This document shows positions 47,909 to 60,500 of a DNA stretch of 64,000 nucleotides, one piece after another. This DNA is from the human T2T-CHM13v2.0 reference genome, Homo sapiens. The DNA is taken from NCBI RefSeq assembly GCF_009914755.1, contig NC_060928.1; one strand, 5' to 3'. Position 1 is the first letter of the stretch. Every line of letters starts with the position of its first letter. Under the pieces are notes generated by a model, which did no database searches, was not told the DNA's origin, and saw only the letters and a list, made by a program, of their open reading frames with translations. A program made the position numbers and the translations under genes.

Positions 47909-49539
47909 ATCTTTGATGTCACAGGTGAATCTAGAAGACATTATATTAAGTGAAATAAGCCACACACAGAAAGAGAAATACTGCAAATTTGCATTTATAT
48001 GTAAAATCTGAACAAAGCTCAATACAAAAAAAGGAAGTAGAAAGGTGATCATCAGTGGAAGGATGGGGAGAAATGGGGAGATGTAAGTCATAGCATACAA
48101 AATTACAGTCATATTAGGATAAGTCTAAAGATGTATAGAATAAGGACTATAGTTAATAATATTATATTATATTCTGAAAATTTGCTGAAGTAGAGATTTT
48201 AGGTGATCTTACCATTTTTTTTTAAAAGGTAAGTATGTGAAGTGATGGATAAATTTTTGTGGATTGTAATCACTTAACTATTATATGTGTATCAAAACAT
48301 GTTGTATACCTCAAATATATATGATAAAAGCCATTGAATTGTTTAAAAATATCCAATTAAAATTTTGTATTAAAATATTATGCCAAGATTTAACACATAT
48401 GTGTATATAATATTAAATAAGATGTTATCTAAATTTATTATTAATTTTTAGGACAAAAAGCTAATGGACATTCAGTAATATGAGTGCTATATTGAATTCT
48501 ACTCAATAAGCTCAGCTTCAGAAATTTAAGCCTTATTTGCCACAGGCACTGTGCCAGGCACTGGCTTTATTAACCTAATGGGTGTTCTGATAATAGTCTC
48601 TAGAGGCAAAACCAAAAAATTCTAGGAAGAAAAAAAAAGCCATCTAATTAACTTATCATTAGTGGTAATGCCACACCTATATTTTCAAATATAATTACAT
48701 GCATACTTACAGCTGTTAAAATTCCTTTCTAAAATTTATATAAAAATTATTTGCTGAGATATATATATGTATATATATACACTAATGAAATGTCCTAGTA
48801 ATTTTTTATTTCATTTTTATTGAATCTTTTTTAGCATACTGAGGGGAAATTGTCACATATAAGGTTAGTTCTAAGCTCTATCAGTAGAGTCACGTATCAA
48901 TCAGTTCGTCTTTAAAATGGAATCCCAGTGCAAGGTATCTTGGTAAATAGCTTTCTGTCTGGTAAAAAGAGAGATTAAGTGACTCATTTACGTTTAGAAA
49001 ATTGACTGATTTTACTCAGACTGAGTAACTGGAAAGAAAAATATGCCATAAGCAGAGATGAAAGCTTATCATTTTGTGCATTTCTTTCCCCCAGAGAACT
49101 TGATTGTGTGTAAGAGGCCAGCGTTTCTCTTTGTCTTGCATTCTGTTCTCACACATTATGCCAACCTGTCTTTTGAACATATCATCTCACTGTGCAGCCA
49201 AGTTGTAAGACCATCTGGTGCAGTTAGCATTCCAGAAAACTGTGAGATTCTGAGAAGCAGTGATTTTAAAGTGCTTGAATGAGACACTCTCACCTAAGTT
49301 AATAACTTGACAATTGTATGTTCATCTAAATGTAGATCATTACATCTAATATTTGACTTCAGGTTCTGTGTCACGTATGTGTGTGTTTTTCTATGTCTTT
49401 GTGTTTATTACAATTAACAATTTGAATACTGAGTGTCTAGTCCACAAATTATATATATTATATATATATATAAACATACATTTTGAGAAATCAATTTCTC
49501 CTCAAGAAAATGCTCATAATTAAATATAGGAAAAACTAC

Positions 49540-50150
49540 TCTTGATATCCCACCTCCAAATATGTCCTTTATTAAGTCTTCTTAATTTCTGCAACTTATC
49601 TTCGTCTAATCTTTAGGGTAAAATCTTAGTCTGATTTCTTGCCAAAACCTTAAGGTCATACTCATTTCCTCTATTTCTTATATATTCTACATTCATTTGT
49701 CAGCAAAATCTTTCAGTTCTAATTTTTATACATACTATGTCATCACTTAAACATTCTATTTGATACTTTAGAAAAGAGACCTTACATACATGTGTGTGTG
49801 TATATGTATATACGTATGTGTATATATATGTATGTATATATATTTGTATACCCACTAATTCTTAGACTTTGTCTGTTACAACATTCCCCTGTAATTACTC
49901 TCTGTAAAGTTTTATTTCTTGCATCACCTGGCCAGTCACATTCCTGCCTCAAATGTTGTTGATTTATCTACCTAAAATAATTCTTTCTTATACCTTCAAT
50001 CCACAGCTCAAAGAACATACTAGTAGAGGTGTTTTTACATGACTTGTATAAAATAGTAATCCCCATCCTCTGCTTTTCTAAAACTGCTTTGCCTAATTTA
50101 ATTTTTGCTCATAGCACTTATAATATTATTATTATCCGACATATTACTTA
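49540..50150 (+). mobile_element. L2 fragments with embedded (TA/TG)n microsatellite (about 49790-49845)
   Basis: GCCAAAACCTTAAGGTCAT, ATTCCTGCCTCA and CATAGCACTTA L2 motifs. Confidence 0.55.
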
Positions 50151-50500
50151 CCTAGATTTATTAAATTTAAGACATCATTAAATATAAGACATACCATTAG
50201 TTCATATATTACTAAGAGTGACAAAAAGAGCTTACAGTTAAACTATAATGTATAAGTTTGCCATCACTTAAACATTCTATGTTATACTGTTGGAAAATAG
50301 GCTCTCTCTCTCTGTGTGTATATATATATGTATATATACAATTATCTATTTATCTTGTGCATATGTTAATAGGAAAATAAACTGGCCAATGAATTCATTA
50401 AAATGTTCATATTCAGAGATATATTTTACTGAAATATTTACTGATTCAGCTTCTTTGATGGCTACATATCACTATTCAATGACATATTTTGTGACATTAC
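50149..50500. mobile_element. Possible TcMar-Tc2 (Kanga-like) DNA transposon fragment
   Basis: TAAGACATCATTAAATATAAGACATACCATTA..ACTAAGA resembles recalled Tc2 termini; tentative. Confidence 0.35.
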
Positions 50501-50504
50501 ATTT

Positions 50505-50705
50505 GGTTATATATGCAGAGGTGAGATTGCTCAATCATATGGTAATTCAATTTTTATTTTTTTGAGGAATCTCCATACGGTTTTCCATAATGGCTGTACC
50601 AATTTTCATTTTTGCAAATAGTGTACAAATGTTTTCTTTTCTCCACATTCTCTCAATTATTTGTTAACTTTTTTTATAATTGCTATCCTACCTGGTATAA
50701 GGCAT
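50505..50705 (-). mobile_element. L1 ORF2 fragment
   Basis: ATCATATGGTAATTC...TTTTGAGGAATCTCCATACGGTTTTCCATAATGGCTGTACC. Confidence 0.8.
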
Positions 50706-50796
50706 TATCATCACTTCTATCCCTTTTATTAAATATATACATTTATTTATGAATCTATCACTTTAGTCACTAAACTACATGAGAACTAGCTTTTCA

Positions 50797-51020
50797 AAAA
50801 GGCATGGTGGTTAAAAGTACAGTCTTCAGAGCTTGACTGCTTGGGGTTCAAATCTCAGCTCCACCATTTACTAGCTATGTGACATTGGTACATTTCCTAA
50901 GTTCTTTGTGCCTTCATTTCTCATAGAATTATTGTGAGGATAAAAATAATTAATCCATGCAAATAACTTAGAACAATGCCTGGCACATATTGAGGGGTCA
51001 TAAGTGCTGTTTATTATTAG
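50797..51020 (+). mobile_element. MIR SINE
   Basis: GTGGTTAA..GGGTTCAAATCTCAGCTCCACCATTTACTAGCTATGTGAC...CTTAGAACAATGCCTGGCACATA. Confidence 0.88.
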
Positions 51021-51694
51021 TGTATATTGTCTCTGCAACCAAAATATGTGAGACAATTAAGAATCTGATATTACTTACGTTTACATCCCAAGTTGGGTGC
51101 AGTGTCATGCATGGCTCAGTGTTTGCTACATGAATAAGGGAATGTCTCAGCACCCCATGCATCTCACAAGCCTCCCATCCTGATTCTAGCACAGCCTTTT
51201 CTCCTGTCTCTTTATTTCCATAAGATTATTTGCCAGTGAAAAACAAATGTGCTATCCAATTGGATCCTGTTTTTCATATTTTATTGTACTGCCAATGACC
51301 TGAATGCTTAATTTGCAAATAATTTGGAGCACTTGCTTTGCATTAGTCCTCAGCTAGGCACAGGGAAGGGATATGGACATGAATGAGACACCAATGCCTC
51401 TCCTACAAGTAATTTGGTGTATAATAATGAAAGTGTATTCTGTCTTTGTGTCAGGCTTTAGGGATACAAAAAATATTTTTTCTTTCACACTTTTTATCAG
51501 CTATGAGTACCTCCAAGATGACAGGTGACTTTCTGATTTTCCCTATTAAATCTTTTCTTCATGAATACAGACATAACTCAATCTCAGATCAATTGGAATT
51601 ATGCTCATCATTTACCTGGCCCATAGTATTAAGGCCAGATGTCTGTGATGATGTCCAGCTTCAAGATTTCTATATTTTTACAATTTTTGCATGA

Positions 51695-51835
51695 TTACTA
51701 TATGCCCTGGACTATCTTCGGCATATGATATTTTATTTAATTCTATAATCTTATGAGGTCAATATGTCTTCCCCATTTTATAGAGAGGAAACAACATTTC
51801 AAAGAAGCAAGTTACCTGCCAAAATTTACAAGTAA
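51695..51835 (-). mobile_element. MIR fragment
   Basis: CCCCATTTTATAGAGAGGAAAC...AAGTTACCTGCC. Confidence 0.6.
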
Positions 51836-52170
51836 AATCTGTTGTTACCATCCAAGAAGGGAAATGCTGATCTTACCTGTTAGTTCTCTGTAAGAATTTA
51901 GGAAGTATTTTAACTGAAGTACTAGGGGAATTGAAAATCTTTCCGGAGTGAATAATTGCGTACCTAAGGAATGCTCCATTATAATGTTGAATATATGTGG
52001 TTCAAGTGTTCGGGTGTCTTGTTCACTGTCCTAAGAATGGCGTTCGAACATCAAGAAAAGTGTTATTTGTTGAATATTGAATGAATGGATATGTTGAAGA
52101 GTATTCAAGATAACCAGCAACTCTGTTTCTTTGTTTGCAAAGGTCAAACTCCCCTTTTTCTCATGTACCA

Positions 52171-52576
52171 TGTTATGGTTTAAATTGAATAACCTCAAAA
52201 TTCATATGTTGAAATCATAATTCCCAGAACCTCAGAATGCGACTTTATTAAAAGACAGGTTTTTATAGAGGTAATCACTTAAAATGAAATCATTAGATTA
52301 GGCCTTAATCCAATATTATTGGAGTCCTTATGAAAAGAGAAAATTTAAAAACAGACACATGAATACCATATGAAGACAATGTGAACAGACACAAGAAGAT
52401 GGTCATCTATAAGCCAAAGAGAAAGGCCTGGAATAGAGCCTATTTTCAAGCCTTCAGAAGGAACCAGCCTACCAACATCTTGATTTTGGAATTCTAGCCT
52501 CCGGAACTGTGAGAGAATAATTTGTTTTGTTTATGTCATCCAGTCTGTGGTACAGCAGCCTTAGAAAGTCAATATA
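52171..52576 (+). mobile_element. MLT1A-like solo LTR
   Basis: TGTTATGGTT..AAAATTCATATGTTGAAATC, GCCTTCAGAAGGAACCAGCC, TTCTAGCCTCCGGAACTGTGAGAGAATAA. Confidence 0.85.
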
Positions 52577-52589
52577 GATACTACATCCT

Positions 52590-53110
52590 ATTGTCACCAC
52601 CATTGAAATACATTTGGTATCTTGTCACTCCTAATCTCTCTTCCTCTCCCACACTGGTCCAAGCCACCATCATCTCTTTACAAAATTATTTAACTATCTC
52701 CTAACTCATCTCCAACTATCTGCCCTTATATTTATATTTTTCACAAAGTAGTCATGTTGTTCCTTTGAATACATATCAGATTCCTGTCCTCACCCATCCC
52801 TGGGCTCTGCTCCTCAGACAATGGCCTCCTGGTTCTTCTTTTAATGGGATAGTTCTTGTATCTGTATGTTCCTCTGGCTTTATATTTATTGTTCCCTCTT
52901 CCTGGAATGCTCTTTCCAAAGATGCCAGAATAGCTCTTCTCCTAACTTCCTTCAAGTACCTGCTCAAATATTTTAACAGTTGCATCTTTCAGTCAAGTCT
53001 CTATTGATCATACTCTAGAAAATGGCCTCTCATCATTCTCCACTTCACTCACCTAAATGTATTTCTTCTCTCCATTAGCACTTATCACTCTCTGACATAG
53101 TATATAAAGA
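52590..53110 (+). mobile_element. L2 fragment
   Basis: CTGGTCCAAGCCACCATCATCTCT, GTTCCCTCTTCCTGGAATGCTCTT, TAGCACTTATCAC. Confidence 0.8.
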
Positions 53111-53783
53111 TTTAAATAGCTCATAAAGAAATAAGCAATAATTTAAGGTGATATATGTTAGTTTATCACATGTGAATTGCAGGCATGATTAAATTTAAAA
53201 GGAAAAATGAATATTTATGTGCCATTTCTTCTGCTAAATACTGGGGGTTTCTAGTTTTTACAAAGATTAAATAAAACTCACCTTCTGCCACCAGGAATCT
53301 TAAGATCAAGGAGGAGATTGTGGTTATAAATGTCTGATGGCATCTCTACATCTCAGGTGAAGCATGGAGGATTTCACAGATGAAGTGAGTGATACCTGAA
53401 TAGCTATTGGAGAATATGTAAAAGGTCAGTGTGGATAAAGGAAAAAGGGCATTTTAATTGAAGGATCAACATGTGCAGAATCAAAGAACAGTGAAAGATG
53501 ATGGCAGGCTGAGTAACTGATTGGCTAAGACAAAAAGAAGAAGCTAGGTGGCTAATATTTTTTGTCTCACTTCTCTGGATTTAAAATATGGAAAGTTTTT
53601 TAAAAGTACATTTTATCCCTTTTCAAATAATTATTGCAGAACAGTATAACTATGTAAAAATACTACCAAACAATGTTTTAAGTGGGTTTGATTTTGAAAC
53701 ACTAATTTGAGTATCTTTATAGAATATCTTCACACCTTCCCTTCTTCCTTTGAGCATACCACATACAGTTAATCTAACACATA

Positions 53784-54011
53784 CGGATAATCTCTGAGTT
53801 ATGATGGTTTCACTTAACAGTTTTTTTATTTTATGATGATGCAAAAGCAATATACATTCAATACACTCCTCTACTTACAATGAGGTTATGTCTAGATAAA
53901 ACTATCATATTTTAAAATGTAGTATGTTTTAAAAGCAGTCTTGACTTATGATATATTCAACTTGGATAGGTTTATCAGAATGCGACCCCATCATAATTTG
54001 AAGAGCATCTA
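53784..54011. mobile_element. Tigger4a (Zombi/MER46-type) non-autonomous DNA transposon
   Basis: About 230 bp; repeated GACTTATGAT-type motifs; ends GAGCATCTA; TA at 53782-53783 and 54012-54013. Confidence 0.8.
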
Positions 54012-54613
54012 TATTTAGTTTTGTTTCATTCTCCATAGGTGGTCATTTTGTAGTAAATATAAAATTATGTTTTAAAAAATTAATGAGCTGAAAAGCCTAT
54101 TACTATTTGGAAATTAAATATAGCATGCTACTTTACTTTTTTCCCAAGTATAAAGGAATAAACAAGTCCAAATGAACTTTTAGAGTTTTAAACATTTTTG
54201 CTAATAATTCATACTTTGAATTCTATCTGTTTAAATCATGTGATCTTTTATTTTATTTCTATAATCTGTTACATTAAATCATTTCATTTTGAGCATAGAA
54301 TTCTCAAATATGCATAATCTCCTGCAATGCAGCATAAAAAGCTAAGGCTGTAATGCATTTATTTTGAAATTAAGTAACCTAGAAAATATCAAGGTATTCT
54401 TGAATAAAAGCTTTACACACAACAATCTTATCAATTCAATAACTTCAAAAATTATTTAATGTTAATGACTTCTTAAGCATTAAATTGTCTAGTATAAATT
54501 AAATTGGCTCTTTCTGCATTTTAATCTAAAATAAATGACTAAAATAAGCTAACTCAGATCTGTTCACTATAGCATGTTAACGAAGTGTTCGTTAAATTTT
54601 GTTTTTGTTTTGG

Positions 54614-55280
54614 TTTAAAGGATGGTTTTAATTTACAATCCGTAGTATTACATCTCATCGTATATCTAATTTTGCATGACTATTGATTCATGTATTAGAC
54701 TCTGAAAATCTTAACCAGAATTTTAATTGGCCTGTTCTGGTAATTTAAGAAAAGAAAATTCACTGAAAGTTTATTTTTTAGTGATTCAGAATTGAAACAA
54801 TTGCATTTTGTTAAAATCGTATACTGTTCTATCTTTTGTATGACACATGTAAAACACAATGCTTATACTATCTTACTCCATCACATGGAATTTTAAATAG
54901 TATTAGTATAATCTGTGTTGTTATGATATTTTTATTTTGTAGCTGGTTTGACTCCAATTGCTTTGGAAATAGCTTTAGGGCATATAAAAAAGTTCAAGTA
55001 CAAGAGTGATGCCAGCTAAAGTTGGATAGCTCTCAATACTTTGGAAGGTAAATTAAAATACAATCCTAAAGGTAGTGCTTCTGAAAGTCAAAGGGTATAC
55101 ATTATTTTTTGCACAATATTTAGCCAAACACCTCTGTGTTTGGCTAAATATTTTCAGAGTCTAATACATGAATCAATAGTCATGTATTAGAATCAATAGT
55201 ATTAGAATCAATAGTCATGCAAAATTAGATATATGATGAGATGTAATATTACAGATTGTAAATGAAAACCATCCTTTAAA
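54614..55280. repeat. Inverted repeat: arm 54614-54709 versus 55150-55280 (35-bp insert at 55185-55219), plus perfect 17-bp hairpin 55115-55152
   Basis: Manual reverse-complement alignment gives 4 mismatches in 96 bp; hairpin AATATTTAGCCAAACAC-CTCT-GTGTTTGGCTAAATATT. Confidence 0.95.
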
Positions 55281-55340
55281 TTTTCTAAAATTTTTCTGTT
55301 TTTGCATTAATCTTTTTATTCTGTTTTGACATTTCGTGGT

Positions 55341-55792
55341 TGTCTTACTCCATTTTTCTGCTTCTACAGGAGAATACCACATTTCCAAGTGTTTGTTATA
55401 GCAACAACCCCATTATCAGTACCCATGTTCTATCCTAGTTTGTTTTGTGCTTCCTTGACAGAACAAGTGAAACTAGGTAGCTTATAATGAACAGAAATTT
55501 ATTTAGCAAGAGCGTGGCACCTGCATCTGATGAGAGTCATCCCATGGCAGAAGAGTAGAAGGCAGAAGTGAGTACACAAGACAGAGAGACAACAGGGGCC
55601 AAACTTATCTTTTTCTCAGAACCCACTTCTGGAATAACTAGCCAACTCTCATGATAATGACGTTAATTCAGCCACAGGGGAACAACTCTCATGACTTAGT
55701 CACCTTATAAAGGATCCAGCTGTTAAAATGGTTATAATGACAGTTAAATTTCAACATGTGTTTAGGAGGGGACAAACATTCAAACCATAGCG
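55341..55792 (-). mobile_element. Collapsed MST (MSTC-like) provirus: LTR stub, int end and LTR
   Basis: LTR start TGTCTTACTCCATTTTTCTGCT (55341), int terminus ..CAGTACCCATGTTC, second LTR 55431-55792; perfect TSD GTGGT at 55336-55340 and 55793-55797. Confidence 0.85.
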
Positions 55793-57891
55793 GTGGTTCC
55801 GTTACATTTAAGACAAGGCTTCCTGCATACATTTGAAATGCAAATAAAAATTTATTTTAAGAATACACAAAGTACTTTAAAAAACATCTAGAATCCAGTC
55901 ACCATCTTTGAAAAGACATTATTCAAGGTGGCCATTAGGCAACTCTCTAAAGAGAAGATTTGGGAGCACTTCAATTTCTCTAGAAAAATTTATATCTCCT
56001 GCCTGGGGAATGGTAAATTAATGTTTTATTTTGTTTCCCTTTAGAGAGGGAAGCTGGTTTTCTCAACAGTCTGAAATTTAATTTTTCCAGAGAATAAGCT
56101 TTGATTCTTACTGAACATTTTCAGCTATTTTTTTTTCTTCATTGTGCTCTGTTTTTGGAAAAATGATATTCTACATATATGACATATATGCATTTTTTGC
56201 AGTATAAATTTTAAGACTATTTTTTCACTTTCTCCCTTGCCTGTTATTATGACCTTCTGCTCTGCCAGAGACACCTAATATTTTCTAAGCTATCACCTCT
56301 TAAAACTGGCATTATCTGTCTCTTACTATTGATATGCTACTTGATCTTTTTGAGACTATTTTGTGACAATGGTTATAACTACAATTAGCTTTGTACATTC
56401 CAAATGTGTTGAAATAATTTATCTGCTAATTTTCCCTCTACATTTCTGTTTGCCAGTGTTGGCTTTTATCATTAGTTTTGTTTGAAGTTCTTTTCAGTGT
56501 TTCAGAAGAATGTAGGTGGTACAATACACAGATGTGTGTATATAATTATTATTTATAACATGATACAATGGATATTTTATAGCATCTATTGAGTTTCATG
56601 GATAACAAATTTAATTATATGGATTTTTATATTATTTTACTTTAATTTGTTATCACAATAGCTAAAGCCTCTAAGGTAATATTAAAGATATTTGAGGTAT
56701 TCAACATTATTTCTTCTTCAATTTAAACAACTTATTATCATTTAGTTTGATGTTTTCAGAGTTTTCTGATGGTCTTTACTACGCTAAATTATCTTATATA
56801 ATCATTTGGTTATCAGTGTTTATATATATATTTTACATATTTCTACTATCATTTTAAATTGCTTGTTTTAAAAATATGAACATGGGAGGGCTTTTTGTGC
56901 TTGAGTCTTCTCTACAGATCACACTATCATTTGTTTTTAAAAAACTATATTTCAAGAAGATCGCTATTTTCATTATGTCTCAAGATGCTATCTGTCCTGT
57001 TTTAACAATAAAATATTTATTTTCTTTTTTATAGCTGTTGAGTGTCCTGAAACAGTTTGTAATTTCTTTTGCCTCTCTGTAATTGTATTGTATCTTCCCA
57101 TAGCATCTATATAGTAGGACAGCATCAGTCTCTCTGTGTAGACAATCTGCTGTAGTTGAAATAGACTGGACTTTTCCATTTGGTTAACCAATAAAGAAAT
57201 GAAAAAGGGAGGAAAAAGGACATATTTAAGCCCATTTGCTAAAGCTGTTAGCTCTAGAGGCCTCTCAGGTCTCCAACCTCTTGGAGCATAAGTAGAAGAG
57301 AAGCTGTCTCTCTTTTGTAAACAATGAAAAACATATAGCCCCTATTATAGTGGAATAGGAGACTTTTTTTTTAGTCTTCCAAATATTTCAAACAACAAAT
57401 GGGAATAAGAAGAGACACTTTCAGGTTACATGCTTCAATTTACAGTCTTGGTCATCTCAGGCCTTGAAATCCACCTTCAAATGCCCTAGTCCTCAAGAAA
57501 TTGCAGAACTTTATTTTTGTTGCTTGTCTATCAGTGTTCACATTTATAGTTCTTTCCTTCTGGAGATTTCCAAAGAACTCAAAATGTCATATGCATACTC
57601 ACTGTTTCTTCCTCTACGCTACATAGCCTCCATAACTCTATATGTATTTTTCCAAGGGAAATTAAGAGAACAAGACAGCAATGCACATTTGGAAAGCTAT
57701 CTCTCTAGAATTGTTTTGTAAATTTTAAAACTGCCTTTGTGACCAAATTAAAATATATCTTCTTAAAGAAAACCCTTCTGTTATTAGATTTTTTTTTTTA
57801 ACCTGGACTCAGTGGTATTTCTCATCTTGCTATTTTTCTAAGTCAAGTATCTCTTACTTTGATATTAATAAACCCATTATTCTGTCAATGA

Positions 57892-58238
<347 letters not shown>

Positions 58239-58384
58239 CCCCTTGGGTAATTCTTATAGATCTTTTGGCTTTCACCTCAGTGCTACATCGCTGGGGTACA
58301 TCTTCTGTCCCCTAAATTTCAGTTAGGTAACTCTTTCAAGAGCTCTCATAGCTTATGCTTCAGTATTTGACTTATCAGAGAATG

Positions 58385-58550
58385 GATCACCCTACATTTA
58401 AATTCTTGGTTATTTCTCTATATATACCACTGAAGTGTAGGTTTCATAAAGTCAAGAATAATTTCTAAATTATTTATGGTTGCATCCTTATCCTTTTCTA
58501 TAGCCTCCTTGCATATAATAGGTACTGATAAATTATTTGATGAAAGAAGA
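58385..58550 (+). mobile_element. L2 3' end
   Basis: GCATATAATAGGTACTGATAAATTATTTGATGAA terminus. Confidence 0.55.
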
Positions 58551-58981
58551 AAAGCATGGTCAATTATTGGAATAATGAGGTCTAATGACAAAATTTTTCA
58601 GACTCAAAATAGCTTCTAGTAAGATGCTCTAGGAACCTTTTTGGTTTCTTATTTTTGACATTAAAACTGTTACAAAGTATTATTTTATCACGTGAAATAA
58701 TGTAGTAAAAAATGTATAAAAGCCAACCTAATCATGTCTTTCCATCCTCCACCTCCTTATCTCACTGTGTGTCTCCTTTGCCAATATTATTGAGTCTTAT
58801 ATTTACATCTCCATGTAACAAAATTATTTTGTTTGCTCATTTTACTAAAATATAATATTAGCATCAGTTGGCAACTTGCTTTTATCACCTCATCATATAT
58901 AATCAACGTGGCTACACACCAGTGATTATACATCAAGCCTCTCAGTGGCCTTCCCTCCCCTTAAAGTTCTTTAGAAATATA

Positions 58982-60500
58982 TTTTAGCAGAGATTGCAGC
59001 TTATCCACAATTATTCGTTTCCTCTTTCTCTATACAATACCATCTTCAAGATTTAGCTAGTGGTATGGCTTTTTTGAACCCTTTTTCACTTCCCTCACAG
59101 TTAACTATGTGTTTGTGACTAGGATTTTACAATTAGATATGGATTATTAGAATGGATATATTACAAACTGTGAATTTTTGCTTTATGTTTAAATAATTGC
59201 TTGACTTCCATTTTCTAACTTTGCACCTTGTCATGTGATAGAACATGTGATTTGGGAAGGTGTAACAGTGTGGAAAACAGCCACAACCTAGAGATGACAG
59301 AGTAATAAGATGGAAGCTACTAAGAAGTGCACCTAAACCTCTTTGACTTTGTAGACTAGAGCAAGCTCTCTGCCTTTGACCTTGTACTATTACTGGACTG
59401 CTAGGAAATAGATGAATAAGCTACAGTTTTGTTTGAGCCGCTTGATTTGGGAATCTCATTATTAAGTAAGTGTAGCATATACCTTAAAAATATATTAATT
59501 TATACTTAGAAGTAGAGTGCCGTCATCAAGAAAACTAAACAAAATGGCATGATTTTGCATTCAAGCTATAGCAAGCAAAAAACAAACATTCCAGGCTGGA
59601 AAGCAGGTGCTTCCCTGTTATTCTATAGTAAATCATTTAGTAATATTCTATAACAACTTGAAAGACATATCATATAGCTATTAAGTCTATAATTCCAAAG
59701 CAAATGGTAGAAAGATTCAAATTATTGGTGCGCATATGTGTGTTCTGATGTTTTCATTTTTAGCAAGTACCAGATTAGGGAAGAGAAACAAGCACACAAG
59801 AAATAATTGGAAAATAGAGTTCTCCCAACAACAAACATTTTTGCTAGGTCTGTAATGTAAATTAACAGAGTAAGGCAGCCAATGAAATTAGTTTCCAAAT
59901 TAAGACAAGAAAATATTTTTACTAAGGATCTCCTTAAATAGCTTTCTATTAAATAGTCTTGGTTAGACAGTGGGGCAGCCCAATAGCAAAATTTTGATTT
60001 GAGATTAATGCTGTAACATCCAATCTTACAATTTTGATAGCCTTAAGGTTGCCACAATTTAAATGAAGGACAAATGGACAGGTCAGACACAGAGAGCAGT
60101 AAATAAATAAGAGTCAGGAGACAAATATACTCAAGAAGGGATCTGTGGGTTTTATTAGTTCCACTTGGTAGTGTATTAAGAAAATAGACTTGAAACTTAC
60201 TGTTTTATTGAGACAATGTTATTTCAAAGAAAACAACAAAAAAAAATCATTCTGTGAAAGCCTTTTTTCCAGTCCCTAAAGCAACACTTGTTGTCCACCA
60301 TGTATCAGCAGAAAGCAGTCTGAGGAAACTGGCCAATAAGGAAGCTTACACTCAAACAACAACTTCAGACTCAGGTATTGAGGATAATGAGCAAGCAAGG
60401 CTCTCTCAGAGATCAAAGGCAGGAACCATGGAGAAGAAAATATAAAGGAGTTTCCAGTAGAGAATCACAGGCATCCTGATGAGATAAGCAAGGAACCGTC
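58982..60500 (+). mobile_element. Old MLT1 (MLT1J/K-like) LTR about 58982-59494 followed by MLT1-int-like sequence
   Basis: GCAGAGATTGC start, TGTGACTAGG, TTTTGTTTGAGCCGC 3' part, then AGAAGTAGAGTGC..AACTAAAC int start; right boundary uncertain. Confidence 0.5.

Noticed and set aside
55161-55219. Short repeats as a CRISPR-like array
   Set aside because: Primate DNA, only 2-3 short copies, no unique spacers and no cas genes.
54614-55280. Inverted arms as TIRs of a new DNA transposon
   Set aside because: Not favoured: no TSD outside the arms, ends match no superfamily I know, and the junction hairpin and templated insert fit repair synthesis. Not fully excluded without a genome-wide search.
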